In this document: positions 1 to 8,802 of the stretch, piece by piece
Position numbering within the stretch: position 1 is the stretch's first letter
Layout: every line of letters begins with the position of its first letter
Source: Porticoccaceae bacterium
GTDB taxonomy: Bacteria > Pseudomonadota > Gammaproteobacteria > Pseudomonadales > Porticoccaceae
Reading direction: 5' to 3'
Assembly: GCA_017858295.1 (NCBI GenBank)
Contig: JAFMBU010000001.1
Span: 1-42,363, forward strand
Length of the DNA stretch: 42,363 bases
The notes under the pieces: generated by a model
Database searches by the model: none
Seen by the model: only the letters and a program-made list of their open reading frames with translations
Told to the model about the DNA's origin: nothing
Made by a program: the position numbers and the translations under genes

Positions 1-253
1 TAACTTCGTAGGGCTTGGCGCTGGTGGCCACATCAAAGTCTTTCGGTTTAAGGCCGATTAGAAGGTCGCGGACACAGCCACCTACAACATAGGCTTCAAA
101 CCCGGCCTTCTGTAAAACGTCGACGACTTTATACGCGTCGCGGTTGATCATATCCGCAGAAAGGCAGTGTTGACCGTCGCCAAAAATTTGCGGGCCAGAA
201 GCACTTTTTGATGATTTATCTCGCTGGAAGAACTTACTTATGCGTTTCAGCAT
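1..253 (-). CDS. pcnB: Poly(A) polymerase I, 5' part only (runs off window edge)
   Basis: Not in ORF track. Hand translation from ATG at 253: MLKRISKFFQRDK...DAYKVVDVLQKAGFEAYVVGGCVRDLLIGLKPKDFDVATSAKPYEV. Carries the VGGCVRD...DFD nucleotidyltransferase motif, and the position after cbrB matches the Pseudomonas-type order. Confidence 0.92.
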   Translation of the reverse strand, partial: MLKRISKFFQRDKSSKSASGPQIFGDGQHCLSADMINRDAYKVVDVLQKAGFEAYVVGGCVRDLLIGLKPKDFDVATSAKPYEV

Positions 254-342
254 TAAGTGATTGCCGATTAGGTTGTTATTAGAACTATGAGTTTAACAGA
301 GGAACCAACTCTACGGGAGACTAAAGCGACCTTTGATGGCAG

Positions 343-1641
343 TTAGTCGCTGTGCAGCTCATCGCCCTTTTTACGACTGATACCCAGTTTATTGCGTCGC
401 TCCCAAAGGCTCTTACGGCTGATGCCGAGCTTCTTGGCGAGATCTGTCTCGCTCATATTTTCTTGGTTTTCGAGAACGAAGCGGGTGAAATAATCTTCCA
501 GCGATAGGCCTGCGGGGGCGTCGTAATCCTGGGTGAGACTCTGATCAACTGAGCCTGCACTAATACGTTTTATACCTTGCGTAGGTCTGGGGGCTATTTC
601 TCCAAGGCCGATAAGCTCAGCATCAATCGGTTCTCCTGGGGTGGCCATAATCACTGCCTGTTGCAATGTGTTTTTTAACTGCCGCAGGTTGCCCGGCCAC
701 TGATAGTCCACCAGAGCCTGAGTGGCTTCTTCAGTTAGTCCCGAGCTGACATCGTCAAAGTGCACCAGAATTGCCTGAGCAATCGCAGGGATATCTGTGC
801 TCCGTTGGCGCAAAGTGGGCATGGCTATGCTGACTACATCAATCTCATAGTAGAGATCTTTGCGAAATAGATTGGCTAGGCAGAGTTTTTCTAAATCCTG
901 ATCCGAGGAGCAGATAAAGCGACATTGACTAGTTTGCATTACTCTCAATAACAGCGCCTGCAGAGGGGCTGCCAATTCGGCGATATTATTCAGAAAAAGG
1001 GTTGTGCTTGAACTGCTGGCATCGAGCTGGCTGACAAACTCAGCCTCTTTGATGCCGGCGCAGTTAATGTTGATAAATCGTTGCCGAGTGGACTTTTTGC
1101 CGTTGTGGATAGCCAGTGCCAGAGCGGATTTACCGCAGCCAGTTTCACCCTGAATTAGGATTGGCAGATCGGAGGCTGCGACTTTGGGGATCACGCGGGT
1201 GACTTTTTTGATCGCGTCACTGGACCCCAGAAGCGCTATATCCCCCAATGTTTTCGCCGCTACAGCTCGGTGTTTCGAGGCGCTGAGAATACGCCGAACC
1301 GCTAGCAGCATCTCGTCGTGATCAAAGGGTTTGGAAATATAGTCCACAGCGCCTTGGCGCATGGTGTCAACTGCTGAGCGCAGACTGGCATAGCTGGTCA
1401 TAATCAGAACTGGCACTGGATCGACCATTTTAATTAGATCGGTTCCCAGCTGCCCGGGGAGGCGCAGGTCGCTGATAATCAGTGCGAAGTCGTTGAAATC
1501 AACGTTTTCACTGGCAGCTTTGATGCTCACCGCATCACTGACATCGTAGTCATGGCGCTCGAGTAATTTGCGCAGGGAGATACGAATGATCTCTTCGTCT
1601 TCGACAATCAGAATCTGATCTCTGTGGGGCGCATTGCTCAT
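343..1641 (-). CDS. cbrB: CbrB-like response regulator (REC - degenerate AAA+ - Fis-type HTH)
   Basis: REC domain (LIVEDEE, IISDLRLPG, MTSYASLRSAVD, YISKPFDHDEML). CbrB-type C-terminus LSLEDYF..FVLENQENMSETDLAKKLGISRKSLWERR. Lies between cbrA and pcnB. Confidence 0.85.
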   Translation of the reverse strand: MSNAPHRDQILIVEDEEIIRISLRKLLERHDYDVSDAVSIKAASENVDFNDFALIISDLRLPGQLGTDLIKMVDPVPVLIMTSYASLRSAVDTMRQGAVDYISKPFDHDEMLLAVRRILSASKHRAVAAKTLGDIALLGSSDAIKKVTRVIPKVAASDLPILIQGETGCGKSALALAIHNGKKSTRQRFININCAGIKEAEFVSQLDASSSSTTLFLNNIAELAAPLQALLLRVMQTSQCRFICSSDQDLEKLCLANLFRKDLYYEIDVVSIAMPTLRQRSTDIPAIAQAILVHFDDVSSGLTEEATQALVDYQWPGNLRQLKNTLQQAVIMATPGEPIDAELIGLGEIAPRPTQGIKRISAGSVDQSLTQDYDAPAGLSLEDYFTRFVLENQENMSETDLAKKLGISRKSLWERRNKLGISRKKGDELHSD

Positions 1642-1727
1642 AGATATTTTGTGTGGTCTCGGGGATGGCGCATATTGTTACCTTGAAGCACTGCTGACAC
1701 AAGCAACTTCAACGCAGTTAATCCGGT

Positions 1728-4586
1728 TTAGGTTTTATTTAGGTCAAAGAGTAATTCTGCAGTAGTGCCACGGTCACTATTTTTTGCTGGGCTCGACAGG
1801 TTGATTTCACCGCGAAGATTTTTCACTAGGTTGAACACCATCCAGAGTCCCAAACCAGTACCTTGGCCCGGTTCTTTAGAGGTGATAAAGGGTTCGAATA
1901 GCTGATCCTTGATTGGCTCAGCAATACCGCTGCCCTGATCGCTGATCATGATCCGCAACTTCGATCCATCGGGCTGGCAGCTGATTTCGATGGGGCTGCC
2001 ATCGCTGGTGGCGTCCCGGGCATTGCCCAGCAGGTTGAGAAAAATCTGTACCAGTTGACGGTGGTCACTGACAATTTTTATGTCGGCATCGATTAGGCAG
2101 ACAAACTGTTCTCTGTGCTGCTCTTTGGTCAGGCTGAGTATCTGTATGGCTTCTTCGGCGGCATAGAGCACCGAGACGGGTTGCAGTTGATCATGGTAGG
2201 TTTCATCGCCACGGGAGAAGTTGATCAGCGACTGCACAATCACATTGATGCGATCGGTCTGCGACAGAATCAGCTCCGCCGAGGTTTCGATTTCTGCAGC
2301 CTCAGTTTCATGTTGCAAGTTCTGCGCGATGCAGGCGATTCCGGTGACCGGATTGCCAATCTCATGGGCGACCCCAGCAGCCAGTCGTCCCACCGAGGCC
2401 AAGCGCTCATTGTTGATATAATTTTGGATTAATAACACTGACTTGGATTGGTCTTCCACCAGCAGGATTAAATCGTCATCAGGGCTTATGGCGGTGGATT
2501 TTTGCAGGCCAAACCATTGGGTTTTACCCGCCACTTCTAGCTCCACACTGTCCTTGCTGGATTCGCCTTCCTCTAAAAAGGAGCTGATTGCAGACTGCCA
2601 GGGTTCGGGCAGATCGCTGATCAGGCTGCCGGCCACCATCTCGCTATCGATGCCGGTATAGCGGGCCATGGAACTATTCCATTTGATAATCTCGCCGCCC
2701 TGTCCTAGGGCAATAATGCCGATCGGCAGATTGTCGAGAATTTCTCGGTGATGCATACGCAGCTTGTTCAACTCGCTGGCGATACCGGTGAGGCGATCTC
2801 CTTCAATGGCGAGTACAGATTCGATCAAATAGATATCATCGGGCTCGGGGCGGGTTGGTGTCTCCAGGGGCAGCGCCTGCTCCATCATCTTATAGGCCGC
2901 CAATACACCAAAATTGAGGGTCAGGGACGAGTAGAGGCTGTCGCGGAGTTTGCGCAGTGCTGCAGGGCGGGTTTCACTGGGTTCAAGATCCAGCTTATTC
3001 AGTGCTCGGTCAACCTCCGCATCTGCTTCACTGCCGAGCAATCTACGCAGGCTGACGCGCATCTGCTCAACTGAATTGTGGCTTAGCTGGACCCGAGCGG
3101 GAATATAGATATTGTCCACCATGCACAGTCGGGCAAAGGACTGCTGTTCCTTGTCCATTGGGCTGAGTATGGAAAAAACGGCACACAGAAAGATATTCAC
3201 CATCAGTGCTTCAAAGGCCCAGGTCTGCCAGTTTTCCATACCAAAGACCAGCACCACATCGGTCCCCGGCAGCTGCCAGCTCCATTCGCCAAACAGCATT
3301 GGCAGGGCCAGTGCGGCGAGCCATAGAGAGACGCCGCCAATCAATCCGGCGATCACGCCATTGCGATTGATTTTTGGCAGATAGATGGCGGCCAGCATGG
3401 CCGGTGTTAACTGTGCCAGTCCGGCAAATCCCACTAGGTAGAGATCGGTGATGCTGCGGGCTTTAATAATATGGCTGAGTAGCGCGGCGGCAATAATTAG
3501 TCCGGTTGAAATTCCCAATAGGCGCAGATTAATCCAGCCGCTTAGATAAGGCTGCTTATGCAGCGCTTTAGTGGGCAAGATAAAACTATTGAGCACCATT
3601 TTAGCCAGCATGGTCGACATATTGCACAGCAGCCCAATAGCCACCAGCACAATACTCGCCGCGGCAAGTCCTGCTGCTATGGGGTGTTGACTGAGTGCCG
3701 GAATGGCAAATAGATAATCTTGGAGTGGTGATGAGGATTGCATTGCAATACCAGACCACAGCAACGGAAAGAGGGTAATGCTCGCCAGCAGCATCAACAG
3801 TGGGTAGGCCCAAGAGGTTATCCCGGCCTGGTTATCGGAAATATGCTCGGATATAACAATGCTAAAGTTCACCGGCAGGGCGAAACTGGCTGCGAGGAAA
3901 ATAACAAATAGGCTATATGAGGAATCCATGCGCTGGACGATTAAGCGCTGGCCGCTGCTGACAACCCATTGGTTCATTTCGCTGACACCGCCAAAAATGG
4001 ATTGCACCGAAACCCAAGCTGAGGTTGCCAGTGCCAAGAGCAGTAGAAAGCCGGCTGCAGCCATCACCCAGCGGAGACTGCGTGCCATGCCTTGGTTAAT
4101 CGCGCTCCAATTAATAAGAATAATAATCGAGACAATAATCAGCCTAAACAACCATTTATCAGTCTCGAAGAGAAAGTCATGAACTGAGGAAAGTGCCAGT
4201 AATTGGCCGAGAAACAACGGCATGGTGACGATAATTAGGCTGCTACAGGCAATCACTGCGATAGCTCTGCCGCGAAAACGGAAGGTCAGGAAATCCACCA
4301 GGGAGGCAAAGCGGATAATCTCATTGAGCCTGCGGATGGGGTAAAAAATCAGCGGCGAGAAGAGAAATACCATAGTGAAGGCAAATAGTGCCAGCACCAC
4401 ACTAAAGCCATAGCGGCCAGCCATCTCGATGGTACCAGTGGCCAGCAACGCGCCAGTACCGGCAAATAGCGCTAACACCAAAATCAGATTTTGGCTTCTC
4501 GCACCACCATAAACCGCGAGCAAATAGGCGCCCAGGGTACTGGCAATCAAAAAGCCAATGGCGATGAGGGTTATATCAAGACTCAT
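1728..4586 (-). CDS. cbrA: CbrA-like sensor kinase (SLC5/SSS-like membrane domain, STAC/PAS region, histidine kinase)
   Basis: About 480-aa multi-TM N-terminus, H-box LAAGVAHEIGNPVTGI, N-box QIFLNLLGNARDA, G-box GTGLGL. Start moved to ATG 4586 (MSLDITL), which overlaps the end of the upstream small ORF. Confidence 0.85.
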   Translation of the reverse strand: MSLDITLIAIGFLIASTLGAYLLAVYGGARSQNLILVLALFAGTGALLATGTIEMAGRYGFSVVLALFAFTMVFLFSPLIFYPIRRLNEIIRFASLVDFLTFRFRGRAIAVIACSSLIIVTMPLFLGQLLALSSVHDFLFETDKWLFRLIIVSIIILINWSAINQGMARSLRWVMAAAGFLLLLALATSAWVSVQSIFGGVSEMNQWVVSSGQRLIVQRMDSSYSLFVIFLAASFALPVNFSIVISEHISDNQAGITSWAYPLLMLLASITLFPLLWSGIAMQSSSPLQDYLFAIPALSQHPIAAGLAAASIVLVAIGLLCNMSTMLAKMVLNSFILPTKALHKQPYLSGWINLRLLGISTGLIIAAALLSHIIKARSITDLYLVGFAGLAQLTPAMLAAIYLPKINRNGVIAGLIGGVSLWLAALALPMLFGEWSWQLPGTDVVLVFGMENWQTWAFEALMVNIFLCAVFSILSPMDKEQQSFARLCMVDNIYIPARVQLSHNSVEQMRVSLRRLLGSEADAEVDRALNKLDLEPSETRPAALRKLRDSLYSSLTLNFGVLAAYKMMEQALPLETPTRPEPDDIYLIESVLAIEGDRLTGIASELNKLRMHHREILDNLPIGIIALGQGGEIIKWNSSMARYTGIDSEMVAGSLISDLPEPWQSAISSFLEEGESSKDSVELEVAGKTQWFGLQKSTAISPDDDLILLVEDQSKSVLLIQNYINNERLASVGRLAAGVAHEIGNPVTGIACIAQNLQHETEAAEIETSAELILSQTDRINVIVQSLINFSRGDETYHDQLQPVSVLYAAEEAIQILSLTKEQHREQFVCLIDADIKIVSDHRQLVQIFLNLLGNARDATSDGSPIEISCQPDGSKLRIMISDQGSGIAEPIKDQLFEPFITSKEPGQGTGLGLWMVFNLVKNLRGEINLSSPAKNSDRGTTAELLFDLNKT

Positions 4587-4752
4587 CGGATTTCCTGTGG
4601 CGTTGCAGTATGTAAGCGGCGAAGACAATCAGCGCCCAGACCACAAAAGGTCTAAACCAGCTACTCTGAGGTTCCACAGCCCATCGCGATGCCAGGGGCA
4701 CGACGACACTGCTGAGAAAGATTAAAACCGCAACTAATCGGTAGTTAAGCAT
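4576..4752 (-). CDS. cbrX: CbrX-like 58-aa small membrane peptide overlapping the cbrA start
   Basis: Not in ORF track (under 60 aa). Hand translation: MLNYRLVAVLIFLSSVVVPLASRWAVEPQSSWFRPFVVWALIVFAAYILQRHRKSDES*. Two hydrophobic segments and a W-F-R-P-F-x-x-W motif. Overlaps cbrA by 11 nt (GATGAGTCTTGA), like Pseudomonas cbrX. Confidence 0.8.
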   Translation of the reverse strand: MLNYRLVAVLIFLSSVVVPLASRWAVEPQSSWFRPFVVWALIVFAAYILQRHRKSDES

Positions 4753-4859
4753 TTACGAGCTCGTTGATAAGACTTAAAGATAAGATGACCGCGATGGTAT
4801 GCAAGCTTGCCTGGCAAAGCAAACCGCTTGTTCCCTTGGGTTGCTGCTTGGCTAGGGTG

Positions 4860-5771
4860 CTATGCAGTCCCGGGTGCGGGGATCTCGGCGCAGCTGGGAA
4901 TCCTTGCCAATGCCCAATTGTCGATTGCCCAGCTGAGAATAGTGGCACTGTCTTCACTGCGCAGTTCAGCCGGGGGAGCCTGTTGCAGCCAATCGAGAGC
5001 TAACCAGAGATTGCTGGATTCCTCTCCTGGCACTAGGGCGGGGGCATGATTTTGCTTGCTCAGCTTCTGCCCTTCGGCATTGATCGCTAGGGGCAAATGG
5101 CCGTATTGCACTGCCGGCCTGTGTTCGGCACTAGTGTTCAAACAGCGCTGCAAATAGAGCTGTCTGGGGGTTGAGTCAAGCAGATCTGAGCCGCGAATAA
5201 TATGGCTGATATTTTGAAACAGATCGTCGACAGTGACGGCAAGTTGATAGGAGAACAGTCGGTCGCGCCGCCGAATAACAAAGTCGCCCACCTGGCTGCA
5301 GAGGTTTTGTCGGTAGGCACCCATGATTAAATCATCAAAGGCGATTATTGAATCAGTGCCATGCTCAGACAATCTCAGGCGAGTGGCGGAGTCGGAACTA
5401 ATATGACGCTGGTGACAGCGACCGTCATAAATACCGCCGAGCTCTGAGACTCTTTGACGATTGCAGTCGCAGTTATAGCTCAAGCCGTCGCTGCGCAATT
5501 GTGCCAATGCAGCGTTATAGGCATCACTGCGCTGGCTTTGATAGAGCAGGTCGCCATCCCAGAGCAAGCCGTGGGACTCCAGTTGTTTGAGAATGGTTGT
5601 GGTGGCGCCGAGAATTTCTCGAGGAGGATCTATATCTTCAATTCTAACTAACCACTGACCCTGATGATGGCGCGCGTCGAGGAAGCTAGCCAGGGCACAG
5701 ACGAGAGAACCAAAATGGAGGGGCCCGGTGGGCGAGGGTGCAAAGCGGCCAATATAGGCTGAGGGGTTCAT
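4860..5771 (-). CDS. gluQ: Glutamyl-Q tRNA(Asp) synthetase
   Basis: GRFAPSPTGPLHFGS, RIEDIDPPRE, CDC...YDGRC zinc site and KLSKQN; no anticodon domain; downstream of dksA. Confidence 0.93.
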   Translation of the reverse strand: MNPSAYIGRFAPSPTGPLHFGSLVCALASFLDARHHQGQWLVRIEDIDPPREILGATTTILKQLESHGLLWDGDLLYQSQRSDAYNAALAQLRSDGLSYNCDCNRQRVSELGGIYDGRCHQRHISSDSATRLRLSEHGTDSIIAFDDLIMGAYRQNLCSQVGDFVIRRRDRLFSYQLAVTVDDLFQNISHIIRGSDLLDSTPRQLYLQRCLNTSAEHRPAVQYGHLPLAINAEGQKLSKQNHAPALVPGEESSNLWLALDWLQQAPPAELRSEDSATILSWAIDNWALARIPSCAEIPAPGTA

Positions 5772-5785
5772 CGTTTGACCAGATG

Positions 5786-5848
5786 CAGTTGACTGACTAT
5801 TGGCGGATAACTATATCGCAATTAGATCGCGCAAACAGTCAGCAACTG
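5786..5848 (-). other. Long imperfect RNA hairpin in the dksA-gluQ spacer
   Basis: On the mRNA strand CAGUUGCUGACUGUUUGCG pairs with CGCCAAUAGUCAGUCAACUG (about 18 pairs, one bulge, one G-U, one mismatch). No U-tract follows. Confidence 0.55.
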
Positions 5849-5861
5849 AGCCGACGGCTGT

Positions 5862-6323
5862 TTAGCCGCCGGTGATCTGTCTTTCTTTGATTTCATCTAG
5901 AGTCTTGCAGTCGACGCAAAGGTCGGCGGTAGGGCGTGCTTCGAGTCGGCGAATGCCTATGTCTACGCCGCACTGGTCACAGAAGCCGTAGTCGTCTTCC
6001 TCGACGCGCACTAAAGTCTTGTCGATTTTCTTGATCAACTTGCGCTCGCGATCACGGGTACGCAGCTCAAGACTGAATTCTTCTTCTTGAGTGGCGCGAT
6101 CGGCAGGATCGGGGAAGTTGGCTGCTTCATCTTTCATATGCATAACAGTGCGGTCGACTTCTTCCATCAACTCACGGCGCCATGCCTTGAGAATATTTTT
6201 GAAGTGCTCGCGCTGCTTTTCATTCATGTACTCTTCATTTTTAGTCTCTACATAAGGAGAGAGACCATGAAGGGTTGCAGATCCAGCGGGAACTGTCTTA
6301 GCTTTAGTTTTTGCTGTTGCCAT
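5862..6323 (-). CDS. dksA: RNA polymerase-binding transcription factor DksA
   Basis: [28 protein letters not shown] coiled-coil tip and CDQC...CVDC zinc finger. Confidence 0.97.
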   Translation of the reverse strand: MATAKTKAKTVPAGSATLHGLSPYVETKNEEYMNEKQREHFKNILKAWRRELMEEVDRTVMHMKDEAANFPDPADRATQEEEFSLELRTRDRERKLIKKIDKTLVRVEEDDYGFCDQCGVDIGIRRLEARPTADLCVDCKTLDEIKERQITGG

Positions 6324-6595
6324 CTCTAACGTCCACGGTTAAATTTCAGACCCTAAAATACAGGACGTGAGTTTATAGAGATATTGAGCCAATTTTTCAA
6401 GTTAAATTTACCTTTGGCTGCTATTAAACTCTCTTTATCTGCATCTTGGGTCAATTAAGCGCCACATTGGTGCGCATGGGCTGTAATCAGTTACTTTTAG
6501 CGCAATCTTGTTACAGGGACTAAAAAATTTTATACCTTCTATTCATAACATAAACCGGTAACATTGCCACTTTAAGACGGAAAAATAATGATTCC

Positions 6596-7327
6596 ATGCA
6601 CATAACTCCCGCGCTGCTCTCAGGCACCTTTATCAAGCGCTATAAACGCTTCTTTACCGATATCCGTAGCGCCGATGGCGAGGTGATTACGGTGCACTGC
6701 CCGAATACCGGATCGATGAAAAATTGTCAGGTGGAGGGCTCCCCCTGTTGGTACTCTCTGTCGAATAACCCGAAGCGCAAATTGGCCGGTACACTGGAAA
6801 TTGTTACCAGTGCCTATGGCAATTTGGCGGGGGTGAATACTGGCCGGCCCAATCATCTGGTGCGAGAGGCGATTGAGAGTGATCTTATTCCCGAATTGCG
6901 CGGCTACAGTAGTCTGCGCACCGAAGTGCGCTACGGCGAGGAGAAGAGTCGTATCGATCTGTTGCTTGAGGGTGGTGAGTGCGATAGTCAGTCTGGAAAG
7001 CAAATGGCTTGTTGCTATGTGGAAGTCAAAAACGTCACCCTAGATTGCGGTGATGGCCGCGCCCAGTTTCCCGATTCAGTGACCACCCGCGGCAGCAAAC
7101 ATTTACGTGAACTGATGGCCATGGTGGCAGCCGGTCACCGGGCGGTGCTGTTTTTCTGTGTCCAGTTGAGTGGTGTCGAAGAGGTGTCCGTTGCGGCTCA
7201 TATTGATCCGGTATATGCCGAGACTTTAACCGCGGCGATTGCCGCTGGGGTCGAGGTGATTGTCTGGCAGGCGGATATGGCCCATAACTGCATTAGCCTG
7301 CAGCGGCCGTTGCAGCTAGCCCTCTAG
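6596..7327 (+). CDS. sfsA: SfsA DNA/RNA nuclease family protein
   Basis: RYKRFF.D, HCPNTGSM, SRIDLLL, VEVKNVTL, FPDSVTTRGSKHLREL. Confidence 0.93.
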   Translation: MHITPALLSGTFIKRYKRFFTDIRSADGEVITVHCPNTGSMKNCQVEGSPCWYSLSNNPKRKLAGTLEIVTSAYGNLAGVNTGRPNHLVREAIESDLIPELRGYSSLRTEVRYGEEKSRIDLLLEGGECDSQSGKQMACCYVEVKNVTLDCGDGRAQFPDSVTTRGSKHLRELMAMVAAGHRAVLFFCVQLSGVEEVSVAAHIDPVYAETLTAAIAAGVEVIVWQADMAHNCISLQRPLQLAL

Positions 7328-7731
7328 TCGAGATCCCGCAGCGCAGCTTCACGTAGGTTAACCAGCCGGGCAGGTAGAGGCTGATCAGCGGCAATAAAAT
7401 ATTGATCGCCATCCTGTTTGAGGGCTATGGGAGTAAGGTGGTCGCCGACACAGGGTCCGCCAATACACTCACCGCTATCAATTTGGAAAAGTGCGCCATG
7501 GGCGGAGCACTGCAGTAGTGCTCCGTCCAGATCGAGGAACTTCCCTGGCATCCAATTCAGTGGAATGCCCATATGGGGGCAGCTATTCCAGTAGGCATGG
7601 AGTTGATTGTCCTGACGAATAGCAAATAGCTTACGTTCATCAATCTCCAGTTCAACACTCTGTAACTCTTCGAGATCACTGAGTTGGCAGAGAAAGTAAT
7701 CTCGCTCAACTGACTGCTGATTATTGTCCAA
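7324..7731 (-). CDS. Rieske [2Fe-2S] ferredoxin
   Basis: NSCPH...CSAHGALF ligand pattern. TTG start overlaps the htpX end, so the start is uncertain. Confidence 0.85.
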   Translation of the reverse strand: MDNNQQSVERDYFLCQLSDLEELQSVELEIDERKLFAIRQDNQLHAYWNSCPHMGIPLNWMPGKFLDLDGALLQCSAHGALFQIDSGECIGGPCVGDHLTPIALKQDGDQYFIAADQPLPARLVNLREAALRDLD

Positions 7732-8614
7732 AGCGCAGTGCCTCGATTCGTTCTTCCAATGGTGGATGAGTCATAAATAGTCTCGAGGGTCGCTTTTTCC
7801 AGCCGGAGGAGATACCAAAGGCGGTCATAGTGTCGGGCATCTGATTTTCAACCTGAGCTGCGCTCTCTTGCTGAAGTCTCTGCAGGGCCTTGATCATGGC
7901 ACCGCGTCCCGCCAGTGAGGCGCCCGCCGCATCGGCATAAAATTCACGGCGCCGAGAAAACCACATGACGATAGTAGAGGCGAGAATGCCGAGGAATATC
8001 TCAGCAACAATAGTGGTGATCCAATAGCCCAAACCCAAGCCGCGCTGATTTTTCAGTACCACGCGATCGACAAAAAAACCGATTAGGCGGGCAAAGAACA
8101 TCACAAAGGTGTTAACCACCCCCTGCACCAAACTCAGGGTGATCATATCGCCATTGGCCACATGTCCGATTTCATGGGCCAGTACAGCCTTGGCTTCATC
8201 TCGGTCAAAGCGCGCCAGCAGGCCGGCACTAACAGCCACAAGGGCCTTGTTTCGATTCCAACCGGTGGCAAAGGCATTCGACTGCTGAGCGGGAAAGATA
8301 CCCACTTCAGGCATGCCTATATCGGCCTTCTTGGCCAGTTCTGCCACGGTGCTTACCAACCAGCGCTCTTGTTCATTGGCGGGTTGTTGAATAATTTTTG
8401 TCTTGGTGGACATTTTGGCCATAAATTTGGACAACAGCAGCGAGACAAAGGAGCCGATAAAGCCAAACACCGCACAGAAGATCAACAGTGAGGTTAAATT
8501 GAGATCGACACCATTATCCGCGAGTATGCTGTTGACCCCGAGCAGGCTCAGGGAGATGCTGGCGACAATAATAATTGCCAGGTTGGTCAGTAAAAACAAA
8601 CCTATCCTTAACAC
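7721..8614 (-). CDS. htpX: Membrane zinc protease HtpX
   Basis: [18 protein letters not shown] (HExxH), [18 protein letters not shown]. Confidence 0.95.
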   Translation of the reverse strand: MLRIGLFLLTNLAIIIVASISLSLLGVNSILADNGVDLNLTSLLIFCAVFGFIGSFVSLLLSKFMAKMSTKTKIIQQPANEQERWLVSTVAELAKKADIGMPEVGIFPAQQSNAFATGWNRNKALVAVSAGLLARFDRDEAKAVLAHEIGHVANGDMITLSLVQGVVNTFVMFFARLIGFFVDRVVLKNQRGLGLGYWITTIVAEIFLGILASTIVMWFSRRREFYADAAGASLAGRGAMIKALQRLQQESAAQVENQMPDTMTAFGISSGWKKRPSRLFMTHPPLEERIEALRFGQ

Positions 8615-8675
8615 GTAAATACCTCATTAGATGGTTGATGGCTGAACTTGATTGCCGGACTGGCTATGTCTGTAT

Positions 8676-8702
8676 ATTTGAGGTCAAAGCCCCAGATTTC
8701 AA
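8676..8702 (-). promoter_or_regulatory. Putative sigma32 (RpoH) promoter of htpX
   Basis: Minus strand TTGAAA-N13-CCTCAAAT versus consensus TTGAAA-N13/14-CCCCATNT; htpX is a known heat-shock gene. Confidence 0.6.
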
Positions 8703-8802
8703 TGGTGACAAACATTCTATGCCAAAGTGCATGAACAAAGTACCACCTTGAGGGGCAAATGCTCCTTTACTTATAGGTTACAGCGCAGGTATAAACACTG
8801 CT

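Noticed and set aside
4587-4628. ORF-track start of cbrA at 4628
   Set aside because: Falls inside the cbrX-like ORF; ATG 4586 fits the coupled arrangement.
4795-4830. Sigma54-like TGGTAT...TTGC and TGGCAA sequences upstream of cbrX
   Set aside because: GG-to-GC spacing is not the required 10 nt, and the best matches face the wrong direction.
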